This document shows, one piece after another, positions 1-12,194 of a stretch of 64,000 nucleotides of DNA. Position 1 is the stretch's first letter. Each line of letters starts with the position of its first letter. The stretch comes from Octopus sinensis. Taxonomy: Eukaryota. The DNA lies in NCBI RefSeq assembly GCF_006345805.1, contig NC_042999.1, forward strand, positions 64,790,001 to 64,854,000, given 5' to 3'. The notes beneath the pieces are model-generated. The model searched no databases and had not been told where the DNA came from. It saw only the letters and a program-made list of their open reading frames with translations. The position numbers and the translations under genes were made by a program.

Positions 1-41
1 CCCTCTATGTTTAGCCCCTTCTAGGCAATAAAGAAATAAGT
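1..41 (+). mobile_element. 3' tail of SINE family A, Tx1-like tail type (truncated by window edge)
   Basis: ccctctatgtttagccccttctaggcaataaagaaata matches the tails at 10098-10140 and 44500-44540. Confidence 0.75.
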
Positions 42-291
42 AATTCTTGTTATCGGCAATACTTAATAGATTAAACCAAGCATGAACAACATTTTACGAG
101 AAACGGGCCGCTTGAGACATAGCTCATCATCACGCGAGTCGCATAAGTAAGAGAAAAACAAGGTAATTTTATTTTGTTGGCGTGCTATCCAACAAGTCCC
201 GCAGGCGGCATGTGGCCACGGCTTGCTACTGGCTTTGTCTAGACTTGAAGCAGAACGTTAATGATATTAATATCATCAGTCTCATCATCAA

Positions 292-512
292 GCGGGAAGC
301 TGGCGGAGTCGTTAGCACGCCGGATAAACTGCTAAGCAGCATTTTGTCCGTTTTTAGCTTCCTGGTTCAGATTCTGTGGGGCTGGGGGTCGACTTTGCCT
401 TTCATCCTTTCGGGGTCGGTAACATAAGTACCAACTGATTACTAGCGTCGATATAATAGACTTATCCCCAACTCGATATTGCTGGCCTTGTGCCAAAATT
501 TGAAACCAATAA
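292..512 (+). mobile_element. tRNA-derived SINE family A, older tail type
   Basis: gagctggc..gttagcacgccgg head, core gtcgactttgcctttcatcctttcggggtcg..aagtacca (resembles Deu/Nin-type SINE domain, from memory), tail gctggccttgtgccaaaatttgaaa. Confidence 0.8.
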
Positions 513-849
513 TATCGGTCTAATAAAACTTACAAAAGCCATGGCATTGATTCCTTTGTCTTTTCCTTCATCTTCCCTTTCTTTTTTTCTCTGTCCTCTC
601 CCTTTCTGCTTAGCATCTAAGTGTTTCAATTCTATTTTCTTCCATGACTGTCACTTAACCTCTCTTGCAATAAACTCATGTATTTATTTATTTTCAATTA
701 TTTTTACTTGCTTTTCTCTTGTAACACTCTCTCACTCTTCTATTAATTTTTAGTTTTAATTTGCATTTTTTATACGACACTTTGACTAAAAGGTACACAT
801 TTCATTCAGACACGTGTTATAGTTTTAAAATGTTGCTCTCCTCATCACA

Positions 850-1090
850 AGTACGTCGTTTCGGTATCCAGTCAAGACCAGACTCAGCATTGTATTCTTG
901 AGCGAAATACTAAATTTCACGTTGCTCCCGTGTACTTCCGCGACGGATCGGCGTCCTGATCAAGGAGTAAGTATGTATATACGCCACGGAAACCGGAAAA
1001 CCAGCCTTAATGAGTCCATTGAAAGAGCGATTTGTTATGCATTTTCGTATGTGCAGTGCCTGGGTTGCGCGAGATCGTTCGAAACGGATG
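850..1090 (+). mobile_element. Degenerate SINE, family C-like
   Basis: ccgcgacggatcggcgtcc and ggaaaccggaaaaccagccttaatgagtc resemble the reverse complement of 9685-9770. Confidence 0.4.
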
Positions 1091-1270
1091 TAAGTTAAAT
1101 AGGTCGTTGATAATGGAACTTTGTTCAGTATGTTTTATACATATAGAAACACAGATACACGGACATACACATGTCTGTATATATGTAGTTGCATGTATAT
1201 TTATGCATATATATATATATATAATATATATATATATATATAATATATATTATATATATATATATATATA

Positions 1271-1448
1271 TATGAATGAAGCTAGGATCAGTAAACTAGA
1301 CTAGCCTCGTCTATCAGTTGTAGACCCGTCAACATATACTGACAGATCGATTTAGTCAAGCCCTCCGAGCGATGGAGTGGTCAATGCTGACGGGTTTACA
1401 TCTGATAGACGAAGCTAGTCTAGTTTACTGATCCTAGCTTCATTCATA
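1271..1448. repeat. 178-bp foldback / MITE-like inverted repeat
   Basis: Arms 1271-1335 and 1384-1448 are reverse complements at 61/65 positions; 48-nt spacer; begins and ends with TA, adjacent to (TA)n. Confidence 0.9.
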
Positions 1449-1568
1449 GAGCGGTTATCTCCCCAGTGTATATATATTGGGTCTTTCATACAGAATTAAG
1501 GGTTTTAAATTTTATTTCTTGCAATATAGGTGATGTTCAGAACCCTCAGTCGCAATATTAGATTTTCC

Positions 1569-1616
<48 letters not shown>

Positions 1617-1619
<3 letters not shown>

Positions 1620-2030
1620 TGTATGAGTGGCTGTGTGGTAAGTAGCTTGCTTATCAACCGCATGATTCAGGGTTCAGTCCCATTGCATGGCACCTTGGGC
1701 AAGTGTCTTCTACTATAGCCTCGGGCCGACCAAAGCCTTGTGATTGGATTTGGTTGACGGAAACTGAAAGAAGCCTGTCGTATATATGTATATATATATA
1801 TGTGTGTGTGTATGTTTGTGTGTCTGTGTTTGTTCCCCCCAACATCGCTTGACAACCGATGGTGGTGTGTTTACGTTCCCGTAACTTAGCAATTCGGTCA
1901 AAGTAACCGATAGAATAAGTACTAGGCTTACAAAGAATAAGTCCTGGGGTCGATTTGTTCGACTAAAAGCGGTGCTCCAGCATGGCCACAGTCAAATGAC
2001 TGAAGCAAGTAAAAGAGTAAAAGAGTAAAA
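1617..2030 (+). mobile_element. tRNA-derived CORE-like SINE family B
   Basis: A box tggctgtgtgg, B box ggttcagtccc, accttgggcaagtgtcttct (CORE-like), internal (TA)/(TG) tract, (AAAGAGT)n-like tail; many copies in the window. Confidence 0.85.
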
Positions 2031-2035
2031 GAATA

Positions 2036-2255
2036 CAGGGTGAGGTAGATAAACCGTCGTCTAAATTACACAAAAATGAATGAAAATAGCACTGACATTT
2101 CATTTTAACAGACATATTTACCAAAATTATATAAAAATGTCTTGAAATGCTAAAGAGTGAATTCATTTAATAATTTCGCCATTGGCTTTAACCACGGCCT
2201 CCAGGCGACTTCAGAATCTCCTGCAACTCTTCTGGACGGCCTCCTTGTTTAATAT
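2036..2255 (-). mobile_element. 3' end fragment of Tc1/mariner (maT/DD37D-like) transposon
   Basis: TA|CAGGGTG terminus; minus strand encodes NKEAVQKSCRRF*SRLEAVVKANG; homologous to 56645-56860. Confidence 0.7.
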
Positions 2256-2364
2256 CATTCGGCTGGTACTTATGCAACAAGTGTGATATTTAATCAATAT
2301 TGTGTGTATATTATTCCAATCTAACCTCCATTTAAGTACCTAATTCAGATGAATCTTAATTGCA

Positions 2365-2500
2365 TACATACATACATACATACATACATACATACATACA
2401 TACATACATACATACATACATACATACATACATACATAATACATACATACATAATACATACATACATACGTACATACATACATGTATACATACACACATC
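2365..2500. repeat. (TACA)n microsatellite
   Basis: Direct tandem repeat. Confidence 0.95.
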
Positions 2501-2804
2501 AGTTTTATACACATTAATATTATTCTCTGAAAAGCTTAAGTGAAAGCATCTAATGCCATTTTAAATAAAGTAATTCATGAATTTATTATTCTTAAAAATA
2601 TCATTTATAGAAGAATATTTAGTTGAATGAAGACTAGCCTTTGAGATGTCACCATGTAATGAAGTGGATGCAATTATTAATTAAAAAATATATAATTGAT
2701 TGATGAGTATACCGTAGATGTCTTCGCCTTGTAAATATTCTTTATATATGAATTCTATCATATATAAGACTGTGATAAAAATATTTAAGGACGTTTAATG
2801 GTCT

Positions 2805-3115
2805 GATACATACATACATACATACACACATACATAGATACATGCATACATACATGCATGCATGCATGCATACATACACACATACATACATACATACATA
2901 CATACATGCATGCATACATACATGCATACATATATGCATGCATACATACCTACATACATACATACATACATACAAGCATGCATACATACACACACATACA
3001 TATATACATACATACATGCATGCATACATACATGCATGCATACATACATACACATACATACATACATGCATGCATGCATACATACATACATACATACGTA
3101 CATACATGGATGCAT
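2805..3115. repeat. Degenerate (TACA/TGCA)n microsatellite
   Basis: Direct tandem repeat; source of several spurious ORFs. Confidence 0.95.
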
Positions 3116-3120
3116 ATAAT

Positions 3121-3370
3121 TGTGAAGGCGCATAGCCTAGTCGATCGCGAGGCTGCGGCTTCGATTCCCAGGCCGGTTGTGCATTGTGTTCTTGAGCAAA
3201 ACACTTCATTTTACGTTCCATTACTCTAATCAACTGCGAATGAATTGCCTAGTAACTCACTGGCGTCCCAGGAGGAAATAGCGGCTCGAAAAATTACACG
3301 AACGGAGCCCTCGCGAGCTGCATTTTGCATTCAGCAATGGAAAAGAATGATGGTGTAACACGTACAGTGA
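3121..3370 (+). mobile_element. tRNA-derived SINE, degenerate (C/D-like head)
   Basis: gtgaaggcgcatagcctagt..gcttcgattcccagg B-box-like head followed by gtgttcttgagcaaaacacttcatt. Confidence 0.55.
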
Positions 3371-4189
3371 ATCCCAACTGGTTGAGATTGGTTGTTCAAC
3401 CATGCCGAAGGTCATCATCATTATTTATATTATTAGAAAAGTTATCCGTCAAGAATCATTTGTGTTTACACAATTTAATACGAGAGAGAGAGAGAGAGTG
3501 TGAGAGAGAAAAGAGGCGTGTAGGTATGTAAAAATTGTGTTTTATTTTGACTTACATGAAATCTATGTATTCTTTTATATGTCTATGAATATAGTTTTCC
3601 TATCAGGAGCATTTGTGTATGACTCTATGTGAGTGTGAATGTATAAAGAAAAAAAAATCAATCAATACCAGCTAGTGACGTCACTTTTTAGACGGAACTA
3701 AGAATCATTGATGAACAGCAAGAAAAGCACCGAAGACCAGATTTATTATACAGAGTTTAACAATCAAATTTATTGATCAAGATGCGAGAAAAAAAAACAT
3801 TCTTCAATAAAGCCATTCGATAACACCATCTGATCTGGACGACAACAATTTTAGTAATTGCTTTGTATTTTTTTTTAACCGTGAAGAAATTAAATTGGGA
3901 GCTTTATAGCTTAGAAATGTTTCAATTATTCAAAAAGGATGGTGCTTAATTTGAGTTTCCTTAGCGATAATTAGCTGAGAAATAAATTTCTAGTTGAAAA
4001 ACAAGTCACTTTATCTCTGGTGCCTTGTCGAGAAAACCCAGGTGCCTGGGAGTTACTAACGAGACCAGACAATCAATATAGTCGCTCGACTTGACAGAAG
4101 AACCACTGAAATCGAATTCAAACAACAAAATACTGTGTTATATTAAGACAAGGCGGTTTAGGTAATGGTTTTGGTTCAATTTTAAAGGA

Positions 4190-4335
4190 GAGAGAAGTTC
4201 AATTATTTCGACCTCACTGTGGTCAACTGGTTCTTATTTTATCGACCTCGGAAGAATGAAAGACAAAGTCTACCACGACGGCATTTGAATTCAGAATGTA
4301 AAAAGCTGGAAGAAATGCTGCTAAGAATTTTCTTT
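4190..4335 (-). mobile_element. SINE family A fragment
   Basis: Reverse complement of the core (ttatcgacctcggaagaatgaaagacaaagtc). Confidence 0.7.
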
Positions 4336-4654
4336 AACTTGCTGATGATTCTACATTTTCGTCACCTTAGTACACGCAAAGTCGTACATAGTCCGGTCAC
4401 TGTTGGAATGAGTTTGATAACCGACATGCTCTTTCAGAAGTGACACGATTTTTAACATAAACAACGATGCGTCTACATATTATATTTAGTTGTCGTAAGA
4501 GGCCATGATGTTTTGTGATTAAGTTTATCCTCAAGAATTATATGGGCCAGGGGAAGTTCTGAACCTGTTAGCAAGCATTGTCGTAAAGAGATGTTTTTTG
4601 ATCAGAGATACGGCAGGGTGGCTAAGAAGTGAGTTATTAATAACAAGGGCCTGC

Positions 4655-4880
4655 AAGGCGGCGAGCTGGTAGAATCTTTTACACGCCGGGCAAAGTACTT
4701 AGCGGCATTTCGTCAGTCTTTAATTTCTACATTTAAATTCCACCGATGTTGACTTTGTCTTTCATACTTTATTTCTGGATCGATAAAATAAGTAGCAGCT
4801 GAGCGCAAGGGGTCGATGTAATAGAGCTACTCTCCCTCCTCACCGAATTGCTGGCTTTGTGTCAAAATTTTAAATCAATA
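4655..4880 (+). mobile_element. SINE family A, older tail
   Basis: aggcggcgagctggtagaatc head, core and tail ttgctggctttgtgtcaaaatttt. Confidence 0.75.
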
Positions 4881-5439
4881 ACAAGGGCTTCTGTTCAATC
4901 CTACTGTGTCTGTTCAATCCTACGGTGTCTCTAGTTGCTTCTCAACGTAGTCTGGAGTCGTAACAAACTTTGTGAATGGCGTAGAGTGGATGGATTCTGC
5001 AGAAGTTAATCGGATGAACTGCATCTGACATTCGAGACCTAAATTTTCCACAGACAGGGTCGTGATGATAATGTATGAGGTTTACATTAATGCTACAAAT
5101 GTCTGTGGAACACATCTATCATACAATATGGACAGTAGGTTTAATTCAAAGAACAAACTTTGTCACTGAAATCCATTGGATGAACTTTACTTTCACTTCG
5201 AAAACACAGGCTTGTCACACACTGCATCAAACTGTAGTCTGAGATTCACGTTAAAGCTACAAGTATTTGTTGAATAATCCACCGCATTTCTATAATAAGA
5301 TATATTGACTGTTGCGTTAAACCAAAGAACAAGCGTTAGCCTAATCTTACATCGTGTGTAGTGATATCAGTTTCAATTGCTTGTCAGGTCACTCTTGAGC
5401 GCTACTAGCAACATGCAACCTATTACAACATGTCTCATG

Positions 5440-5720
5440 GTCGGGTCGTCGGCGTCTAAACTGGCAACCACATCAAGCTTGCTTGGTGAGGACGGTGATT
5501 GCTAGACACCCTGCAGAACGAAAAATAAGACCCGTCAAAGGACGGAAGAACTATTGTGTAGTCAACGACCAATTCAACAAGTACCTTGCCGAAGAGCTAT
5601 GCTGGAGGGAGAGAAATCGTCAGGTAGGTCTTACCAGGCCAGACAGGTCGAAAAGTAGGAGACAGACAAAACCTTAACGACAATAAATCGAAGCGTCCGC
5701 GGTAGGGCGTGGTTTTAGTT
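5440..5720 (-). mobile_element. Possible RTE-clade LINE 5' UTR fragment
   Basis: Minus strand caagcaagcttgatgtggttgccagtttagacgccgacgacc and cctgacga resemble RTE/BovB-type 5' regions from memory; no ORF. Confidence 0.3.
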
Positions 5721-5797
5721 ATCGGCAGGACCTAATAGATCAGATTCCTGGCTTTGAACTAGCAGGATGTCATACACAGGATGATACTTATTTTGTC

Positions 5798-5922
5798 AAA
5801 CCCGAAAGGATGAAAAGCTAAGTGGACCACGCCGGAATTTCAACTCTGAACATAAAGAAGGACGAAATGCCGTTAAGAGCTTAACACGGGGCGTTAACGA
5901 TTCTGCTAACTCGCCGCCTTAC
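5798..5922 (-). mobile_element. SINE family A 5' half
   Basis: cccgaaaggatgaaa..ccggaatttcaactctg..gattctgctaactcgccgcctt. Confidence 0.7.
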
Positions 5923-6181
5923 CGCATGTGGTGAGATTTTCTGAGGAATTAGAATGAAGTTACAAATATCTGAAATACTGAGTACTTTTTAAAATTTTAA
6001 ATAAAGAAGTAGTTTAACCAATAGAACAACTGAAGAACACATCGTCAGAATCGAAACGAGATCGAAAGATATTTCTTGCGTTAGAGGCGAAGATGCTTAC
6101 TGTGTAGATAGGTGTCTTTCTCGGGAATATATTTTAACAACGACTGATTTCATGGATATATAGATGTATACATACATGCAG

Positions 6182-6227
<46 letters not shown>

Positions 6228-6374
6228 CACACATATATGTATACACACACATACATATGTATATTTACATATAGACATATATATATGTATATATAGATAG
6301 TATAAATAAAAATACTTACATATACACATGTGTTTATGTATGTGCAAATATACATACACGCACACACATATATT

Positions 6375-6780
6375 ACTCTTTTACTCTTTTATTTGTTTCA
6401 GTCATTTGACTGCGGCCATGCTGGAGCACCGCCTTTAATCGAGCAACTCGACCGCGAGACTTATTCTTTGTAAGCCCAGTACTTATTCTATCGGTCTCTT
6501 TTTGCCGAACCGCTAGGTGACGGGGACATAAACACACCAGCATTGGTTGTCAAGCAATGCTAGTGGGACAAACACAGACACACAAGCATACACACATACA
6601 TATATATATACATATATCCGACAGGCTTATTTCAGTTGCCGTCTACCAAATCCACTCACAAGGCACTGGTCGGCCCGAGGCTATAGCAGAAGACACTTGC
6701 CCAAGATGCCACGCAGTGGGACTGAACCCGGAACCATGTGGTGGTAAGGAAGCTACTAACACACAGCCACTCTTGCGCCT
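6375..6780 (-). mobile_element. SINE family B
   Basis: Full-length reverse complement of 1617-2030. Confidence 0.85.
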
Positions 6781-6784
6781 ATAT

Positions 6785-6822
<38 letters not shown>

Positions 6823-6974
6823 GATATATAATATATATATATATATAGATATATATAATATATACACATATATATATATATATATACATCATTATATATA
6901 TCTCACATTCTCTCTCTCTATCAATAATCTCTATCTATATCTCTATCTCTCTCTCTCTATCTATAATCTATCTA

Positions 6975-7013
<39 letters not shown>

Positions 7014-7670
7014 TATATTTCTATCTATATATATATAAAAGGTGTTTTTTTCTAATTTTATATATATATTATATTTTGTGAAATTTGATTTAGTATTTCT
7101 AAATTGAATTTTTTCCCTGTAAGTCAGGAATAATATTCCCTCAAATAATATATATATATATATATATATGTCGGTATCACCAAATCAGAGCTTTGAAGAT
7201 TGAAGAAAGTTACTTTGTTGAACACCACAAGGCTCATCGACACCCCCCCCTTCTTGAAGCCACAAGAAAAGTAAGAAGAATGAAGAACCAAAAAGGAGCG
7301 ACATAAAATTATTTTCATATAATACAGCTTCTTCATCGTTACTGCATTGTCGAAACAACAATTGCATTATGCCTTTGAACACTTGCAGCAATTTGTTTAC
7401 GCATCCAGTAATATAAATATACAATGCGTGCATGCAGTTTGTATTTGTAGATCACGATTAGGTGTGTGTATATATGTGTGTATATATGTAGATGAGTCTC
7501 CCTCTCTCTTTATATATATTATATAGTATATATAATATATTATATATATATATATATTATATATATATATATATGTATATGTACGTATGTATATAAATAT
7601 TAACGGTAAAGTGAAACACAAGAAAGCATACACATACCACACACAACAACATACACATATATGTAAGAGA

Positions 7671-7742
<72 letters not shown>

Positions 7743-7934
7743 TATATATATATTATATGTATATATATGCATATATATATATTATAATATAAAAATGCAT
7801 AAATTTATATGTATATATACATATGTATGTACAGACAATGTATATGTATATACGTATAATATATATATATAGATATATGTATATAAATACATATATGTGT
7901 ATATAGGTATATATATAAGTCCATAATATGTGTG

Positions 7935-7971
<37 letters not shown>

Positions 7972-7974
7972 ATG

Positions 7975-8005
<31 letters not shown>

Positions 8006-8432
8006 CTATGCATATATACACACTCAAGCACGCAAACACACACACACATATATACTTATACAATGAGTTAAAATTAAAGTAAGACTGTGAAACGACCAGA
8101 GAGAAAGAGAGAGAGAGAGACAGAGAGAGAGACAGAGAGAGAGAGGGAGAGAGAGAGGTAGAGAGAGAGAAAGAGAGCACAGTATACTTGGAAGTGTTTA
8201 TGAGGAGATAAACGTGAAGTATACTGAACGTTAAAAAGTAGTAGGAAAAAAATGGGCTTCCACTTACTTTAATTGTACATTCAGAAATAAGATTGTTAGT
8301 TTTGACAGTTCTATCTTTGAATAGAGTTAAAGTACCTCATATATAACACACAAACGTACACGCGCACAGTTGCTCGCTTATGCGTGCATTATATCTATAT
8401 ATATACATATATTATATATATATTATATATAT

Positions 8433-8477
<45 letters not shown>

Positions 8478-8498
8478 TATATATATACATATATATAG

Positions 8499-8533
<35 letters not shown>

Positions 8534-8537
8534 CATG

Positions 8538-8581
<44 letters not shown>

Positions 8582-8865
8582 GCATGTATATATATATATA
8601 TATATATGTATATATTCGATACATATTTGTAATGAGATTTTGTTTTACAATAAACAGCCTGAGAATCGAGAACATGTCATGTGATAAATTGCTATTTATA
8701 AAAGGAAAAGATATATTTATCGATATTTATGTGAGAGAAGATCAATAATACGAAGACTTCTGCATGTCACAATGCTTTTAGAATTTGAAATTGGAGAAAC
8801 AAGTGATTTTTTGATGACGTGACCATTAACACAGTATTCGGTGGAGAGATGCAAAGCAATCGTCA

Positions 8866-8919
<54 letters not shown>

Positions 8920-9684
8920 TGTGTGTGTGTATGTGTGTGCGTGTGTACATACATATACACGAACGTACATGTATGTATACATGATGGTTTTTCATTGATT
9001 AACAACTCATTTTGATCATTCCCTTTATATTACTACATTAAAAAAAAAACTCTCGCTGGCTTTTCTGTAAATGTATTTAAGTTAGCATTTAAAAAAATTA
9101 TACATACATACATACAATCATATATGCATATATACATACACTTATATATACATACTAAAATGCAATACTCATTTATATAACCAGTGTACAAACATGTACA
9201 GACACATACAAATATATACGGAAGTTTATTCATGACGTCATAGCTTTGTAAAAACTTCAAAGAAACTTCGAGTTTGAGTACGATTTTACGATAAATTTTA
9301 AGGTGTGTGCAGATATTTAATCTTACCCTTAGATTTATGCCCAAATATTAGGTATTACTTTCAGTTTCTCACTGCATGCTTCAGTGTGCGTGTGTGCCTG
9401 TGTGTATGCATGAATATAATATATGATTATTTACAAGTTTCATTTTATTTCGTGTTGCAATGAAAACAATTTAACAATCACACGACTTCACTTCAAAGAA
9501 TAAGCTCCTGCAATAGTATCTATCGACCATCAGAAATTTACTGTAGAAATATCCTTACCCCCTACTCTCTTCTGTCTCACTCCCGTTGTATGTATCTCCC
9601 AGATGTACATAAAGAAGCTTAATTATCATTTCACATAACACTGCCGATTTCAGATTAACAATTTCCACAAAATATGTTTGTTCC

Positions 9685-9911
9685 TTCTCGAGCCATGTCT
9701 GGCTCATAAGGGCCGGTTTCCCGGTTTCCTTGGCGTATAGGTTCCCCACATGGACGATACGCCGGTCCGTCGCAGGTGAGCTGCATAATGCAGAAGGAAA
9801 GAGTGAAAGAAAGTTGTGGCGAAACAGTCAGCAGAAGTTCGCAATTACCTTCTGCCGGAGCTGCGTGGAGCTTAGGTGTTTCGCTCATAAATACTCACAT
9901 TGCCCGGTCTG
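9685..9911 (-). mobile_element. SINE family C lacking its head, abutting the family A copy
   Basis: gaaagagtga..ctgccggagc..gtggagcttagg..cgctca..cccggtct is shared with 25445-25562; minus-strand cctgcgacggaccggcg resembles a V-domain. Confidence 0.6.
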
Positions 9912-9912
9912 A

Positions 9913-10140
9913 GGTGAGCTGGCAGAAACGTTAGCACGCCGGGCGAAATGCGTAGCCGTATTTCGTCTGTCGTTACGTTCCGAGTTCAAATTCCACCGAG
10001 GTCGACTTTGCCTTTCATCCTTTCGGGGTCGATAAATTAAGTACCAGTTACGCACTGGGGTCGATGTATTCGACTTACTCCCTTTGTCTGTCCTTGCTTG
10101 TCCCCTCTGTGTGTAGCCCCTTGTGGGCAGTAAAGAAATA
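9913..10140 (+). mobile_element. Young SINE family A with Tx1-like tail
   Basis: Near-consensus head and core; tail 10098-10138 is 34/41 identical to the LINE 3' end at 47548-47588. Confidence 0.9.
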
Positions 10141-10539
10141 TATATATATATATATATACATATATAATTTAAATAAATGGCAAAGTAACAGGTAATTATC
10201 TAATGAAACTCATTAGGATGTTGCTCGATCAGAGCTGAGTGCTTGCATATCACCTTATAGCACCATAGAATCTCCGAAAATGAAGCATAAGTTTATTTGA
10301 GTAAGCATTCAACTGTATGGAAAAGACCAGCGTCGACAAACTACAAACAAGAAGAAAAGTACATGAGAAATGGTAGTGAAGAGAGTTTGAAGGTTAAAGC
10401 CACTCCCAGAAATATTTAGACTCAGATATATTTGTGTAAACATATGTCAATAATGAACCTCTATTTAAACACATATACACACGCATATAAAACATATGTG
10501 TATGTCATCATGTGATCTCTTGAGCACCACCAGCAAAAA

Positions 10540-10712
10540 TATTATAAAAATAATCTTCCCTTCTTGGGATCTTTCCTTCTCCTTGTTTCCGACGAAGAGC
10601 TCCGCTCGAAACGTTAAACCCTCCTTCCCTTCTTTCCTGAGCGTCAAATAATACTTTAATTGTTCCACGTCCTCGCGTTGCTGTGTTTTTTTCTGTGTTT
10701 TCTTGTTTGGAT
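10540..10712 (+). mobile_element. Short Penelope-like/retrozyme-like element with minimal hammerhead motif
   Basis: Homologous to the reverse complement of 23607-23775; ends in (TA)n. Confidence 0.6.
10585..10619 (+). ncRNA. Minimal hammerhead ribozyme-like motif (U4C variant)
   Basis: GTTT-CCGACGA-A-GAGC tcc GCTC-GAAA-CGTT-AAAC: stem I 4 bp, stem II 4 bp, palindromic ACGT stem III. Confidence 0.55.
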
Positions 10713-10756
<44 letters not shown>

Positions 10757-10759
10757 CGA

Positions 10760-11500
10760 GCAAAACGGCCCCAGTCCAATGGACGATGCTGAGTTGTCAA
10801 ACATTTAAACCAAATTTTCTCAAAACAACTTGTCCGACCATCCCATAGGCCTCCCCTTCGCGAAACACTGATTTAACCTAAATTTGAGACACCAGCAAAA
10901 GAAAAAAATGAAGATGACTTTTTTCTATTCCAAAGAAAAACGATTTTATTCACACAAATATGCAACCGAAGAGTTTAAAGCACCAGTAATAATAAGGCTG
11001 TTGACTGGGAGAACACAAACATGGCTTAAACAGTTCTTTTCATTAAAAAATCATTAAGCATGCCTTTATCTCAATAAATTTTTGGGTTTTGTTAAACGAT
11101 GTTTAGGCAAAAAAAAAAAACTTCTTGAGAAACCAAATTGTTTTTCCTTCTTTCATGCCAAGTTTGAAGAAAATATCTCTTTTGCATCTTACTTTTTTGG
11201 TCTCTTAAATATACTGCATTTAGTGGCATTATTTCAAGCCAGCCGGCTTTTTTTGCGCAAACTGCACGTGCATTTTTCTTGCGTACGCGTAGTATCAATC
11301 GCAACAGCTGATGCACTTGCGCGTACAAATACACGTTCCCACGGCTTTATCGATCGCATTCTTACCTGGAATCGATTTTTGTAACTTTTTCAAGACTTAT
11401 AAACGCCGTGATACCGTCGGTATCTACATATCAAATTTGAGCGCAATCGGATGGAGTATGCCCAGATGCTAGAAGACACACACTGAGACAGACAGTACGG
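10760..11500 (+). mobile_element. Possible Helitron/Helentron-derived non-autonomous element
   Basis: 3' motif atcaaatttgagcgcaatcggatg..agaagacacacactgagacagacag resembles Lep1/DINE-type ends; flanked by (TA)n. Confidence 0.4.
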
Positions 11501-11504
11501 ATAT

Positions 11505-11669
<165 letters not shown>

Positions 11670-11909
11670 TATATGTATACATACATATACACGCGTGTGT
11701 GTATGTTTAATATGAATTGGTTTTATATTTTCGATACTATATAGCATCGATTGGTGTTATTATTAACATATATCGACAAATTTTACGATATAACCATAAC
11801 GTAACTCGACGTCTACGAAGATAATTATTTTTGTGATAGAGTTGGTTTATGAAAATATTTTGTACATTACATATGTTTCTCTGCCGTTATAATGGTTTTT
11901 AGATTTTAA

Positions 11910-12112
11910 CACAAGACCAGTAATTTCGCGGGAGAGTTTAAGTCGATTTCATCGACTCTTAGAGCTCATTTGGTAGTTAGTTTTCGTCCATGAAAAGATT
12001 GAATGCAAAGTCGGTTTCGGCAGCATTTGAACTCAGAAGGTAAAGACAGACGAAATGCCGATAAGCATACTGCTTGGCGTGTTAACGATTCTGCCAGCTT
12101 GTCGACCTCTCT
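11910..12112 (-). mobile_element. SINE family A, degenerate
   Basis: Reverse complement of head and core. Confidence 0.7.
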
Positions 12113-12194
12113 CTGGTGACATAATAAGGCAAAATCAACTTACATATTTAGAACATCTCTCTCCATTCTCCAGGCGAACAAAACAGTAAAATAA

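Noticed and set aside
2349-3233. ORFs such as MHTYIHTYIH / MYVCMYVC, and the similar [16 protein letters not shown] and NNNN ORFs across the window
   Set aside because: Translations of microsatellites; no coding signal
6025-6070. CTGAAGA ... GAAACG motif
   Set aside because: No stem II or stem I pairing
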